A DNA stretch of 64,000 nt from Giardia intestinalis (Eukaryota), in assembly GCA_000002435.2 (NCBI GenBank), contig CM018793.1; one strand, written 5' to 3'. The translations under genes were made by a program, and so were the position numbers. Position 1 is the stretch's first letter, and each line of letters starts with the position of its first letter. The notes under the pieces were generated by a model. It made no database searches. It was not told where the DNA came from and was given only the letters and a program-made list of their open reading frames with translations. This document shows, one piece after another, positions 22,101 to 32,600 of the stretch.

Positions 22101-25100
22101 GTTGCTGTGCAAGCTCCGTCTACGTATTGATCCCGATCTGATTGGATTGAGTGCGGAATCGTACACCCGTGCGTATAACCTGTGTATCCTCTTACAGACC
22201 ATTACTGAACTCCAGAACATAATCTCGTATAAACTAGCTCTCAACGGACTGAAGTTGGATGCGCCGTCGACGTTAATAAAGGAAGGAGGCAATCCTTATG
22301 AAAACATTTTTGAAACGACTTTGATTTCATTCAATCCGCCCCCGGGATTTGCTGACACAGAAAAGGAACGCTTACGGTTAATGTGGTCTCGAAAGATCTC
22401 TATGATTCGCTGGGACTGCGAGTCTTGGGAAGCTCTCCTTCGGGTCAGGCGGCTCATTATCTTTCCAATCGAAGATCAAGAAGTGTGGATTCGCTTTTCA
22501 GTTTTGTGCCTTCAGAGTGGGCGTGTGCAGCTAGCCAGAAAAACTCTCGAAACGTTCATTAACTCGTCATCCGTGCATCACATTAAAGTCTCTAAAAGCC
22601 GAGGACTCTACACTCTTCTTGGTCTTACTTCGTTCGGCACTCCTCGGCGCTACCTCAAGCACGGGTCTGGTGATGTTTCTACGGGAGGAAGCGTAACGCC
22701 TATTGGCTCTGCACTTGGGGCCGAGATGGGAGTAGTACAAGATCTCAGCGCGGTTGGCTCATCTCTTGCCAAGTACCTACTTAAGGATGGCGTTGTGAAA
22801 GACGCTTTCACTGCTCAGCAGCATGTGGCTCTACCAACTTCGGACGTTCTCAGTATTGCTTCTCACTCTGTTGCTAAGCCGACGCTTCAGATGATTGCTA
22901 ACGCTTCTACTCACCAAGGTCAAAGCATCGAGAAGGAAACTCCTCTGTCAATAGTTGGCCAGCAATGCGATGATGCTAAGCGCAATGCACAGCGTGATCT
23001 CTTCAACGCCCTCATACCGCCTCTCAATCATGTCTACCCTCATGTGCTATACGCCTATTGTAAGCACCTTTGGGTAAGCTCAAATGAGAATGTGTTAGAG
23101 AAGCTCGTTGCCTTCACGCATCTAATCCGTCTATGTAATGATGTCTCTATCCAAAAAACAGAGCCAAAACTTGTTTGTCGTATGCTTATTCGTCTTGGGG
23201 CCTGGTATTCCGACCTGCTAACGCCTCTTGATCACAAGTCATGTAGTATGATAGGGACAATATCTCCCTCAGAAGGCTATGTCAATATTCCTGTGCAGGA
23301 CACAGTAACCAGCTGCTCTGCTATATGGAACTCTATCGTGAACAACTGTGATGCCGATGCTAGCGTTTGTAGCACTACGTATGAGGCGACCGAGCATTCA
23401 GCTGAACGTCTAGAGCTATCATCTGCAAGTACACTAGATAAGGCAGTCGCCAAGTTGGTTGACAACATATTGCTGGCGTACGATGAACTATCAAATGTAT
23501 CTCTGGAGGAATGCAATCAGTACAATACTGTAGGCATGTCCCGTATAGGCCTTATCGCGCTGGAGTGGTTTCAAGTTGCTGCAGATCGCGATGAAACAAG
23601 CAATCACATTTGGAAATGCATCAGCCACACAACGTATGCTATTGTTAACAGCTTTGCGGCTTATATTGACAAGTTGAATGATCGTCCCGGTGTAGATGGC
23701 GGGCTACAGATAGTAACGCGTCGCAGCTCTGTTGACGCCACTAGTGATGCAGTTGGGAGTACATCAGAAGCACTCAGTCAGTCTGTTCAAGATAGCGACA
23801 GGCCACTAGTTTGCCCAGAGCACCTTGGCTTCGTGCAGAATCGGCAAGTTCTTTTAGAAAAGGCCAAACTGGAGTACCTTGTAGAATCTATTATCGCTCA
23901 CTTTAAGTGCATAGAGACTGGGCGCTCCATCGAAGCGCTTCCAACGACGCTTCGTCTCATGACGCTCTGGTTCCGGTATGGCAGCTATGACGAGGTAGAG
24001 ACAGAAATAATTAATGGACTTGCTGCGGTGCCAATTAATATCTGGCTAGACGTAATACCACAGCTCATTGCACGCCTTCACTCACCACAGCATAAAATAC
24101 GACTTCTTGTTCATCAATTACTTGTTCTCATAGGAACAGAGCATCCTCAAGCCCTTATCTATCCGTTAGTTGTGGCTAGTAAGAGTACGATCTTAAACCG
24201 TCGCGTGGAGTCCCTAAGCATTGTTGACCAGATCCGCCGTACTAATGAGGCAATGATCTTAGAGAGCCTTAACATAAATAAGGAGCTTCAGCGGGTGGCT
24301 ATACTGTGGCCTGAAATAGCATACGATCTCATCACTCAAGCATCTACGGCATTCTGTGAGGAGCCAAGAGATCTGGTCAAGTTCTTCAACTATGCATGTC
24401 AGCTACAGCTTCTAGCCAGCAGGACCCCAGAGACACAGTCTGAGTCTGTCTTCATACAGATGTTTAGCAGCCAGCTTCAAGCTGCGTGGGATAGCTGTCG
24501 TCAATTTCCTGTGACAAACGACCTTGTCTGTCTCAACATCGTAATGAAGCATTACAAAGAAATATACGACAGAATTCACTCTGAACTTCCGTTTCTAAAT
24601 ACGATTGATCTGCTGCAAACCTCTCCTCTTCTGTACAATATCTCCAATACCAATCTCTGTGTTCCTGGAAGCTACCATCCTGCAAGGGCTATTACCACAA
24701 TAGTCAAGTTTTATCAGAAGGTTTTTGTTATTCGATCAAAGCAGAGACCTAGAAAGGTTGGTCTGGTTGCATCTGACGGAGAGTATTATGCGTTTCTGCT
24801 GAAAGGACACGAAGATCTGCGGCAGGATGAGCGGGTTATGCAGCTCTTTACCTTAATTAACAATTTGTTAATGAATGACTCATACTGTTCTCGCCGCGGT
24901 CTGATGGTCATGAAGTATCCAATAACACCCCTGTCGCAGAATTCAGGGCTTCTGTATTGGGTACCTGGATGCGACACAATAATTTCTTTAATAAAGGAGT
25001 TTCGCCAGCTCAAGAGGATCCACTTGGAGACGGAAATGCAGCAGATCAAGTACCGAGCTCCTGCGTTCATGAACATGGCACTGCACTACAAAGTCGACGC

Positions 25101-25818
25101 ATTCAAGTACATGCTAACAACATCTGACGCAATTGATCTCTGCAGGTCGTTGTGGAATAAGGCTTCTTCGGCAGAGGATTGGCTCCTGAAGAGAATGAAT
25201 TATACACGATCCATTGCTGTGTCCTCCATTGTTGGATATATCCTTGGCCTTGGTGACCGTCACCCCGCTAACCTAATGATAGAGCGGACGACCGGAATGG
25301 TGCTGCACATCGACTATGGCGATTGCTTCGAAGTTGCCATGCACAGGGAGCAGCTACCAGAGAAGGTTCCATTCCGTTTAACTTCAATTATGATGAAGGC
25401 GTTTGAAAGCTGTGGAACGGAGGGAAGCTTCCGGATGACAGGAGAGGCGACGATGAGCATATTGAGGTCGAACAAGGACAGCTTGGTAAGTGTGCTGGAA
25501 ACGTTCATCTATGATCCGCTGATGTCCATGAAGGTTCTTAGTGGAGAAAATACAATGGGTGGAAAGGAAAATATAGATGGAAACACAGAGTTTTATGGAA
25601 CAAGGAGGCCGGTGCAAGAAAGCTATCTCGAAGGGAACGAGAGGAACCCGAAAGCAGTGAAGATTGTTCAGCGTATCTACGACAAACTAACAGGGTACGA
25701 TATAAAGTACATAGATCGTTCTTTGAGCGTCTCTGAGCAGATACAAAGCCTCATACACAGTGCAACAAATGCGGAGAACCTGTGCCAACTATATATTGGA
25801 TGGTGTCCATACTGGTGA
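16135..25818 (+). CDS. TOR: Target of rapamycin (TOR) phosphatidylinositol-kinase-related protein kinase
   Basis: 3227 aa from ATG 16135 (the track start 16096 is TTG). The N-terminal ~2000 aa is helical/HEAT-like. The PIKK catalytic region has GDRHPANLM (catalytic loop) and HIDYGDCFE (DFG-equivalent). The C-terminal FATC domain ...NLCQLYIGWCPYW ends at the stop, compared with mammalian ...LAQMYIGWCPFW. Confidence 0.9.
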   Translation: MSTDAITSSRFYPYLADLKSIDPNIYTRAAMAIRMQVEKDSRQMLADPRTLFISDLMSFIRNLATSSSYEDRLASLWVMRELIQSRPTISMIPLTYFEEIALELVNDPSEVIILTNCVFIGRLINAEGHGIDFVPKLFVISIDKIKSGDSTKVYTGMLLFNDLTEVETSFAIDISSEEFLEPIWHVITETRNSNIKEVGFKAINKFISYQKKATKHDVLVRLITMIRAALDGKNISEQLIALHLLLNMLNLSVKDKSIADYFQENYSSFFSLVANIFRSKTSEGRMLVASIISLFAKLDPERFCTTERLQMILTFYKKMIPTQQELFIPLGEFVIVIGEKHVKPIFNDLINLITSSFKSQNFTKAGSILPPEPLKCIQYITKGAPNLVQKHVTSILECIFSVGLCESLTSALQDLSANLHNRLLDIQGLLLYLVANELGGINLFLSNAYGVIDGSEDYYLVLTENQSQAVADGHDSGVLDSQTSIIPGTRPSTTQATTHVEDTRTNEDAIELAHDLSITGLKEESEQCDFKNSLSVYQTVTTSAGITALYKLSDRIATALGTSKLRPRRHSTSEAILLAFQALYDFDFSLFDLTIFAADYLTRYLRNDSSTLRIKAAQTILKLMSEDHFEKIRRGKHSQYKSMTIKAEDCHSWAGSTLGEAPTPSGGATIIPPAVVSNQSFATTISPKTRHIRTHSSSHLDDMSSTSFCINQDCILSQDILKSSDLGTDGFFNSGPYRHMLISDTLRQIIIIGTTDIDPEVRMSIIQALTTTNRYDIYLVHESSLRTLFIALYDDNIEIRILAVKLIGRLCSLNPALVTPEIRHLILVLLTELRLTTENNKRATSNELIVKIFKFCGSIVLPYVPMVYSAVMGLISKDCDDEYLLITSLTTLAELFTIGSTSMVHCLAEVIPLLITCIKEETSKTLRLTTTRCFVRIVEATSFVVFPWFIYHDLFTIVFGILKNDTSQEIRLEAAKLITTIGAIDPIFYQNGKPDLSALVPPTNLTCKCQSTDVFSLDYIMDESNIWVCHKGEGGAAQEASIKSHGKAVVSPITGHVVENVYIMKLDSGSEVSANVSDFELTLNVIMSTLYSILSESTLDMYHYDAVVVFRTIIQTECTAISLPMVPKIISLILENIQNCKVFMQETMLRELILIISSIGHHAHSYVSDIFDIIEVLWANQQLIELILALLEEVSIVLDLSLGNYGSQFFLKFVGLFTVLKSSQEISDSAKKLLIRACRSVVALSSLFSNHIHLIVDLLCSGIRKQKLGKELRFALLDTLSRLTICTNLSRFGASIIHPILEVIMEADPCTSVEHNKNANPEKGLNPMNIVSYKAFEVLHFICAQFGVSVTLYIPVITECLLKVGFTSGLLDSIFSLLLRREEVDPVTFYRLICEWKKKQAKKFSEYTSLASLLAMYETPVTQDTLLYMESISNKVPGDDKDAMILVVKDINFDDIGSVINYLHTSSTWFGDDMRPLPAGAIGVHSLSIQENDMLNKHVTIPQQIWRADTCKKNEEWRHWLSNLSLTLLQCSPLKCLRACHKLATSYPRVARDLFNYSFLACLSETYPSNNEHRNYIVESIRSVFLSQNCPLDVLQILLDLAEFWENRSREFSTTFSHNFLGEVAERCHAYTRSLRYKETEYAQHPIEAVGRLIAINYSLGYEETAIGTLRVECKRLNFISTNLIYDILLRCLYTGLDDVFTMMQREGGLEPGAAVNCSAESTLERIINKVVSKIVTKALTEAKKISNLNQSIPQQLVSYGSIGGIFVEGRPVMSGPEGSVLQVDYNEIGIYLSALARRMLKSKLTYQYPTFLMYEENLFQSVLKTLRYKAQGHMQDLYGPSPKWFENVCLWDKALSGYNRQIDQLKLSLKSNTSEARTLLPMLVNLTKDKIRCLFALADYSAVQEEADQLLNYLSSESKEEAGLTTVKHTLIKGFQADIATYAAWSLLEQDQEDVEIWLRVLPEDNIDGTIIRATSYIKANKMLEAHKLLCKLRLRIDPDLIGLSAESYTRAYNLCILLQTITELQNIISYKLALNGLKLDAPSTLIKEGGNPYENIFETTLISFNPPPGFADTEKERLRLMWSRKISMIRWDCESWEALLRVRRLIIFPIEDQEVWIRFSVLCLQSGRVQLARKTLETFINSSSVHHIKVSKSRGLYTLLGLTSFGTPRRYLKHGSGDVSTGGSVTPIGSALGAEMGVVQDLSAVGSSLAKYLLKDGVVKDAFTAQQHVALPTSDVLSIASHSVAKPTLQMIANASTHQGQSIEKETPLSIVGQQCDDAKRNAQRDLFNALIPPLNHVYPHVLYAYCKHLWVSSNENVLEKLVAFTHLIRLCNDVSIQKTEPKLVCRMLIRLGAWYSDLLTPLDHKSCSMIGTISPSEGYVNIPVQDTVTSCSAIWNSIVNNCDADASVCSTTYEATEHSAERLELSSASTLDKAVAKLVDNILLAYDELSNVSLEECNQYNTVGMSRIGLIALEWFQVAADRDETSNHIWKCISHTTYAIVNSFAAYIDKLNDRPGVDGGLQIVTRRSSVDATSDAVGSTSEALSQSVQDSDRPLVCPEHLGFVQNRQVLLEKAKLEYLVESIIAHFKCIETGRSIEALPTTLRLMTLWFRYGSYDEVETEIINGLAAVPINIWLDVIPQLIARLHSPQHKIRLLVHQLLVLIGTEHPQALIYPLVVASKSTILNRRVESLSIVDQIRRTNEAMILESLNINKELQRVAILWPEIAYDLITQASTAFCEEPRDLVKFFNYACQLQLLASRTPETQSESVFIQMFSSQLQAAWDSCRQFPVTNDLVCLNIVMKHYKEIYDRIHSELPFLNTIDLLQTSPLLYNISNTNLCVPGSYHPARAITTIVKFYQKVFVIRSKQRPRKVGLVASDGEYYAFLLKGHEDLRQDERVMQLFTLINNLLMNDSYCSRRGLMVMKYPITPLSQNSGLLYWVPGCDTIISLIKEFRQLKRIHLETEMQQIKYRAPAFMNMALHYKVDAFKYMLTTSDAIDLCRSLWNKASSAEDWLLKRMNYTRSIAVSSIVGYILGLGDRHPANLMIERTTGMVLHIDYGDCFEVAMHREQLPEKVPFRLTSIMMKAFESCGTEGSFRMTGEATMSILRSNKDSLVSVLETFIYDPLMSMKVLSGENTMGGKENIDGNTEFYGTRRPVQESYLEGNERNPKAVKIVQRIYDKLTGYDIKYIDRSLSVSEQIQSLIHSATNAENLCQLYIGWCPYW

Positions 25819-25819
25819 G

Positions 25820-27682
25820 TCACTTGAAGCAGAGGCCGTTATCTTGCTTAGTTATATGGGTATAAGCATCGTGCTCACCTACCCATTGAATTAGGACTTC
25901 TCCAGCATCTTTTAGCTCCTTTAGATACATGCTTTCACCAATCTTGTAAACCTTATCGTTAGCGTGTCCCACTATCGGTATCAAAGCTAGCCCATGTGAC
26001 CGTAGACTTCGGATTGCATCCCGGATTGATCCCTTAACCCGCAACCTATACAAACCGGCAGTCGCATCTAGTTCCTCCAGTTTTATGTTGTTGGTAATAA
26101 GGCGTGCCACAGAGTTCTTATTCTGCATCCCCTGATGAAGATATGCACGACTGGTGTTGTGATACCCGCGGAGCGGGATTGCAAAAATTGGTGACCCGTC
26201 ATTTCCAGTGCAGATTATCTTGGACTTTCGATAATACTCTTGCAAAAGCTCGGAGAATCTAACAACGTTATCAACAGCAGTATTGTGAATGAGAAAAACA
26301 GCACGAGGATTTAAAAAGTCGATGGTTTTGATGATTCCATTAAAATCAACGTGGGCATTAAATGCAAGATGGGTTGCTCTGCAGTTAATAGGAACTGCCA
26401 CCTTCATGTTGTCAAAAAGAATATGCTTTGCTGCATGTCTGATGATTCGCCAGTTGTATCCCATTAAGGGCATGTGACCAGGGTATGCCACCAGAGCCTT
26501 AGGATCCTGGACAATCTGCATGAAGCAATCTAGTGTCACACCAGTCTTAGTTTGGTTGGGTGCAGAAATAACACACCACGAGTCACTTGTGGAGGCCAAA
26601 CCGTCGGCAGATGGGCCACCCATGACCTTACTGACTGCCTCCTCGCTGGCACTTCCCGCAGGGATTATATATCGTCTGTCAAATTCACGCATGCGATGAT
26701 AGATTGGAAGTGACGTGAATGGCGTTGTATCCAACGAATAATTTCCTAAAATCCGCTGAGCATCCGTCATTTGTTTGATCATCCCTGTCGCTAGAAAAAG
26801 CTTATTCTTATTTAGACGGAACCTCTCCCAGAATGACCATACTTTGACAATAATATCTTGACAGAGGCCCATGGCCGACGTTGGAAGAAGCACGCGACCG
26901 TTCTGGCGCAGTGTTTCAGCTACGTCCGCGAGCTGAAGAGAATCTCTGTAGAGACTAGGCCGTCGAGAAATGTTGCAATAAGTCGTTTCTGTAATCAAAA
27001 TGTCTGCGCCAATGGCGCAGTTAGGGAGCGTCGCACCCGGAAGGGTGGTGCGGGCTGTTGTGTTGTAATCTCCGGTATAAACAATTTTGGCGCATCCAGC
27101 AACAGTGATCGTTGTAATGACCGCGCCGATAATATGGCCAGCATTAGAGAAGTTGATAATCGTCTCCGGAACAGGCTCTCCGGTACGAGACGGTTGACAA
27201 TCAGCTACAAAATTGGTGTTGTTTTTGTATGTTTTAAGTAAAGAAATAATCCTAGAACGAACTTCTATTGTGCGAGCCTGCTTCTCTAACTTACTCATGC
27301 TCTGATTAGTATTATCAAATACGCGGTCATAGTCAGCATACATTTGCGGCAATAAAAACTTTGTGGCCTCAGTGGTGTAAACAGGTCGATTGAAATTGGG
27401 GAAAAGGGAAAAGAGGAACGGAAGAGCCCCACTGTGATCAAAGTGCGCATGAGAGATAATGATGAAATCTAGATCACGCTCTAGTGAATACCCCATGTCC
27501 TGTAAACATTTCAACTTAAAAGAGGGGACCCTCTCTCCATCTGGAGCAGAGGTTCTTAATCCGCAGTCCAGGAGAAATGAAACTTTAGAACCAACAATAA
27601 CTAAATAGCAAGAGTTTCCAATGCGAGGGGACATTCCTAACGGAATAACCACTATGTCACAGCAGTTCTGTACTCCCGGCAT
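25820..27682 (-). CDS. CPSF73-like metallo-beta-lactamase/beta-CASP RNA endonuclease (CPSF-73 / Integrator-11 family)
   Basis: 620 aa, ATG at 27680-27682. The N-terminus VVIPLGMSPRIGNSCYLVIVGSKVSFLLDCG...DFIIISHAHFDHSGALPFL matches the CPSF73 beta-lactamase motifs (LGAGxEVGRSC...LDCG; HxHxDH intact). Its stop is 1 nt from the TOR stop, in convergent orientation. Confidence 0.75.
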   Translation of the reverse strand: MPGVQNCCDIVVIPLGMSPRIGNSCYLVIVGSKVSFLLDCGLRTSAPDGERVPSFKLKCLQDMGYSLERDLDFIIISHAHFDHSGALPFLFSLFPNFNRPVYTTEATKFLLPQMYADYDRVFDNTNQSMSKLEKQARTIEVRSRIISLLKTYKNNTNFVADCQPSRTGEPVPETIINFSNAGHIIGAVITTITVAGCAKIVYTGDYNTTARTTLPGATLPNCAIGADILITETTYCNISRRPSLYRDSLQLADVAETLRQNGRVLLPTSAMGLCQDIIVKVWSFWERFRLNKNKLFLATGMIKQMTDAQRILGNYSLDTTPFTSLPIYHRMREFDRRYIIPAGSASEEAVSKVMGGPSADGLASTSDSWCVISAPNQTKTGVTLDCFMQIVQDPKALVAYPGHMPLMGYNWRIIRHAAKHILFDNMKVAVPINCRATHLAFNAHVDFNGIIKTIDFLNPRAVFLIHNTAVDNVVRFSELLQEYYRKSKIICTGNDGSPIFAIPLRGYHNTSRAYLHQGMQNKNSVARLITNNIKLEELDATAGLYRLRVKGSIRDAIRSLRSHGLALIPIVGHANDKVYKIGESMYLKELKDAGEVLIQWVGEHDAYTHITKQDNGLCFK

Positions 27683-27726
27683 AAAGATGATTTTTTATTG
27701 CGTGACTTTCGATAGTCCAAACTACA
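27683..27726. promoter_or_regulatory. 44-bp AT-rich bidirectional promoter spacer between the CPSF73-like gene (-) and the carboxypeptidase gene (+)
   Basis: ataaagatgattttttattgcgtgactttcgatagtccaaactacaATG. Both flanking genes start within 45 bp of each other in divergent orientation. Confidence 0.4.
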
Positions 27727-29691
27727 ATGCAGAATATATCAGCATACAATGAGATCTTGTCGCTATTTGACTCTGGTAATATCGGAAACTACGACATTTC
27801 GGAGGCATGTATGAGTCCCATGAACTCGCGAACACTAACCATTACCTTTTGCTCCAGACCAGATCCCATGCCTCCTGGTGCTGATAACTCACCAGCTGAG
27901 CATAGAAGCTGGTTTAACTTTCTTGTGCATAATCCCTCCGGCCTTGATGTGGATGTTTTGATATTCCAGTGGATAAATGCTCCCTCCCCTAGAAGACAGG
28001 TTAAGACCGGCTATAGACCAGTTTATAGAACTATATCGAGAGCGTACAATTCAGCCATACAGGCCTTAAAGAAGGCTGAGGCGTCTGGGGTCCCCGACTA
28101 CTCTATCGTACTTCCAACACACAATCAACTCCCATTTAGATATACAGAAGCAGAAAGCTTCACAAATAGCATGGGTGCATTCTTAGGATTTAGTATTAGG
28201 GTCCCTCGCGGTACAACGTGTGTACAGATTGCATTCACCTTTCCCTATCCTTTAAACGAGATCTTTCTTCGCATGCGAGAGCTTAGAGCTTTATACCCTG
28301 TTACAGAAGAGCAGTTGAACGATGAGACTATACTGTACCGCATTGCACGTCACCCCGGATTGCCAATATTGTACTTTAGTGCGCGCTGCCATCCAGGCGA
28401 AACTCCAGGAAGCTACGTCTTAGAAGGGATTCTCAAAGACATAAGCAAGCTTCTTAATTGGTTTGAAATTTGGATTGTTCCAGCCATAAATGCAGAGGGA
28501 ATAAGGTGTGGACATTACAGGACTGATGCAGCAGGAAATGATCTTAATAGATGTTATATTGAAAACTCTTCATTGGTTACAGGAAAGATTCTTTCTAAAA
28601 TTAAGACCCAGGGCACGAATACCGGGATATTTCAACCTTCATCTGAACGACTCATTAAGGTCTTCCGCCGCATCTGCCATACGCCTACCTTCAGAAGCTT
28701 TGCGGAGCCCAGACCTCCTTCTGACATAAATGCTGCAATAGAGTCTTCTGACTTAAATACTCGGCAGACGTGCCTTTACCCAATGAGCTGCAATAGCCTC
28801 ACTGGATTGACAGGCTCTGCATCCCAATCAACACCTTCAGATGCTCGTGAGATGGTTAATTTACCTAAGGATTTGTCTAATAGTTATCACACAGAATCAG
28901 TGATCACTCCTGTAGGGTCCCTTCGCCTGTCCGCCACTATCAGATCCCCGCTCTCTATGAGTACTATCTCCCCTGTTTTAATGGAGGCTCCTATTCATAG
29001 TCCCAGAGAAAAGCGGGGTAACACCATACACACCATAGTTATACAGCCTAACCCCCCTGTTGAATATACGACTAAACAGTGCGTAATCTTTTGCCTAGAT
29101 TTGCATGCGCATGCGTCCATTCCAAACTGCTTTCTGTTTGGCAATTCACAGATTGGTGACGCATCACCAGAATTCGATAATATCTTAGATTGCAGCATGG
29201 CAGAGCTGAGATCTCTCCTTTTCCCTGTCATTGTGCAATCATCAATTAAGGGCTTTGACATCATGCGCTCAGACTTTAGTCCATGCTCTATGTACAAGCA
29301 GGACAAGTGTGGCAACAGTTACAAGCACACCATGCGAGTAGGGCTTCATAGCATCACAAAGCTTCCTAACATATATTGCTTCGAAACACATTACTATAGG
29401 CAAGTTAAGGCAAAGAAGACCAGCCGCATTGGTGTCCCGGGTTTCATTGCAATGGGTCAGGGACTTGTGTCTGCCATAGAAGCGTACTTTAGACTCGACC
29501 CTCCAGTCGTTCTCAGTGCTCTACGCAGACTTGAGCTATATGCAAACCGTATCAACGTTGATACCAGGTTTTATGTACTTCTAAAGGAGCTTAAAACAAG
29601 GCTCGGAAAAGATTATTTCTCACGAATATACGAGCTCATCTTCGATCAGTTTGACAACCAGTGCTGTGGCAGTATTCGCCGTAGATTGTGA
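27727..29691 (+). CDS. Cytosolic carboxypeptidase (Nna1/CCP, M14 family; tubulin deglutamylase-like)
   Basis: 654 aa. FTFPYPLNE...SARCHPGETPGSYVLEGIL...WIVPAINAEG...DLNRCY matches the CCP/Nna1 signature (FTYPYTY...SARVHPGE(T/S)...NPDG...DLNRQY), including the HxxE zinc ligands. Confidence 0.8.
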   Translation: MQNISAYNEILSLFDSGNIGNYDISEACMSPMNSRTLTITFCSRPDPMPPGADNSPAEHRSWFNFLVHNPSGLDVDVLIFQWINAPSPRRQVKTGYRPVYRTISRAYNSAIQALKKAEASGVPDYSIVLPTHNQLPFRYTEAESFTNSMGAFLGFSIRVPRGTTCVQIAFTFPYPLNEIFLRMRELRALYPVTEEQLNDETILYRIARHPGLPILYFSARCHPGETPGSYVLEGILKDISKLLNWFEIWIVPAINAEGIRCGHYRTDAAGNDLNRCYIENSSLVTGKILSKIKTQGTNTGIFQPSSERLIKVFRRICHTPTFRSFAEPRPPSDINAAIESSDLNTRQTCLYPMSCNSLTGLTGSASQSTPSDAREMVNLPKDLSNSYHTESVITPVGSLRLSATIRSPLSMSTISPVLMEAPIHSPREKRGNTIHTIVIQPNPPVEYTTKQCVIFCLDLHAHASIPNCFLFGNSQIGDASPEFDNILDCSMAELRSLLFPVIVQSSIKGFDIMRSDFSPCSMYKQDKCGNSYKHTMRVGLHSITKLPNIYCFETHYYRQVKAKKTSRIGVPGFIAMGQGLVSAIEAYFRLDPPVVLSALRRLELYANRINVDTRFYVLLKELKTRLGKDYFSRIYELIFDQFDNQCCGSIRRRL

Positions 29692-29692
29692 T

Positions 29693-32600
29693 CTAGTACC
29701 TCGTTAGAAGGATACATAAGTAGATGTGAGAAATAAGATAAATTAAAAGGCACGCTCCGACCACTGCCATTGTACAAATAATGACTACATCCTCGGCGGC
29801 CTTTTTCGAGAAGAACAAGAGTTTTGTTTTCAAAAATTGAGGGCTGTATCCATACACATCGAGCCCGTATATCAGGTCTATACAATAGCTCTTGATTGGG
29901 TCATTGTATCCCGTCTCCGGTAGCCAAAAAGGGCTTTCAAAGTAATTGTACTCTTCCCACATAGATTTCCGTGGCTTAAAAAACCAATCAAAGTAACTTT
30001 TTATCCGGTATGTTTCCAGAGAGATGTGGTACCAATCCGTTGTTGGCATCTTCTCAACATCTAGATATTTTTCTTTATTGAGGGCTATTCGCTCCCACAA
30101 CAGCTGAGTAGATATGGTTGTTTTGAGATCCAGGCATACTAGTGTAAACAGAGATTCCATCTTCCCCATGGAACAGCTTCCAAGGAGGGTTCCGGGCATG
30201 TCGAGCTGCTTGACCTGAACGTCGTCTATAAATATGGATGGTAGTGAAAGATATAGGAAGATTTCTTCATTGTACCCTTTGCTTTCAACGAAGAATGAAT
30301 TAGTTGCTATGTTCCTTAGATCCTTCTCCCTTATTTCACTGTATACTTTAGATATGTCATCGGTCCATCGTGTATCGATGGAGCATTGTTGTACTCTATT
30401 GAGTTGCCGCTTATACTTCAATTCAGCTAGAGAAAGTACGAGATATTCAAAGTTCTTATTGTCGTAAATGGACAGGACATCGTTATGATAAAGAAGTGAG
30501 CCAATAATACGTAGCTTAGTGTTTTCATCAAGTCGCTTGAGCGTCGGGTAGCCTAAGCTCGATGATGCTATGGAAACTCCATAGTGGTTGATAACCAATG
30601 CTTCCACATCTGCAGTGATACCATCAATGTTGTTGTGGGCATTCGTGATTATCCCATTCACCCGTTCTTCAACCATGTCGACCCTTTCCAATAGAACAAC
30701 CTTAAATATCGACCTGACGCGGTAGAATGGAACGTCAATGTGTATGTTGGAGACACGTGCCAGATAAGAGAAATACTTATTGATTTGTTCCGTTGAATAG
30801 CTGGAAGTTAAAGGTATTGCAGATACGTTACGGCAAAGCTTGCTAGTTAAAATCCCGTACTTGGTCTGTAAGCTAGTCATAAGGTCTGTATACAAGAGAT
30901 CCACGTAGTGAGTAGACAAGTATATTCCCAGTGAGGGATTTAAAAGGACAATGATTTGCGGAGGTGGAAGATAGTACGCGTTGGAGAGAAGAATTTCTAA
31001 CTTATTATCTTTTATAGCTGGCAGATCCATGGTCCACGTTGCCAAAATCTTTTCTAGAATAGAGGCCATTATACGATATGAGTTCCTAGCAAACTCCCAA
31101 TACACCATTGAGAATTCCATAGCACATACCTGCATGAGCGGGAGACTGTCAAGGGTTATTTTGGAACCACAACACGGCACACCTTGAGAACTAGACTCTG
31201 TGTTACCCTCTAGAAATTGAATTAGGTATCGCTGTACTGTTATATCCATGTACCAGCTCTTGCAGATCTGTTTGTGCCGCGTGGAGGGATAGATCATAGC
31301 ATACATGAAGATCTTCTCTGGTCGAGAAACCTTGTCTGGTACAGCAGCTGGGTAAATCTTATCTGCATATGAATAAAAGTCTAAAAGGGGGCAGGCACAT
31401 CGAATGCTTGTAGCCTTGTCTGCCGTTATTGTTGGGAGTGTGATGGCGTCCAAGTATTCATTGGTGACATATGCTCTCAGCCCGAGGACAGGACAAAGTG
31501 TGCTCTTAAAGCTTTCACATGGATCGATTATGTAGGGCGTTGAGGATGGTGTACCACTAATAAGCGTGCCGATCCAAGAAAAGAGAGGTTCTCCATCCAG
31601 AGGAAGAGGGTATGCGTCAGGATCTTTATAGAAAGGGTGCTTCATTGTCTTAGAATCAAATGGGGCCAACAAACCGTGCGTTGACATGGCATACTCTTCA
31701 AGAATTATTACTTTAACTCTAAACAGTGCCCTAGGGTACTCTTCCGCCCTAAATTTTCCGTTATATATTAGAATATCGTACAACCCCACGCGTGTATCTG
31801 GCTCAGCGCAGAGGCGGCCGCGGAGACAGACATACTTAAGATCGTAGTTTTCAAATACTATCATGCTACTTGATTCGCTGTCGCTAAAAATATTTGGTAG
31901 CTTCATGGAAGAGGTACTTAAACCTTTAATCAGTTGAAATGTCCCGTTGTAATTGAACCGATACGTTTCTGTTTGTAAATCTATTAGCTCTTTTAGCCTA
32001 ATCATATCGCTGCGGTAGAAGCCGTACTCTGTGATGTATTCAGAGATTTTCTGGTTCATGTTGCTAAAGTATGAAAGCCTGTCATCGTGCTCTATGGAGA
32101 AGCCTGGCCACACTATTTTATAGTTGTCTATGTTCAAAAGAGTGACCATGTTAGTATTTGAAGAGGTCTCAAGACTCCTAAGGCCAATAACCAAGAACCC
32201 CATAAGGCGCTTGCCGTAGAATGGAAATTCCGCGTAGACTGGTGTGGACATTGCTAGCACAGTTTCATTAGTCATCCAACCTGACTTGACGAGGGCAAGC
32301 TTTATGCTATAGTGTTCTGGCCGTAGAAACTCTGATCCAATAAGGAGTTTGTGCCGATACCGATTAAGCAGAATGTTCCCTTGTGTGTTTGATCCAAATG
32401 GTAAGTCGTAGTCTGGTGCGATAAGAGATGGTGTCACGCAGTTTATAAACTTAGACTTCTCCTCTGGCGGTAACTGGGACTTACAGTTTTCTACAATCTT
32501 ACGGCAACGCTTGGAAACATCTCTGTCTGCTCTCCACGATAGTGTATAGTTAGACTCCTTGATGCATTGATAGAATGTAGAGCTACATCGTTCGGATAAA

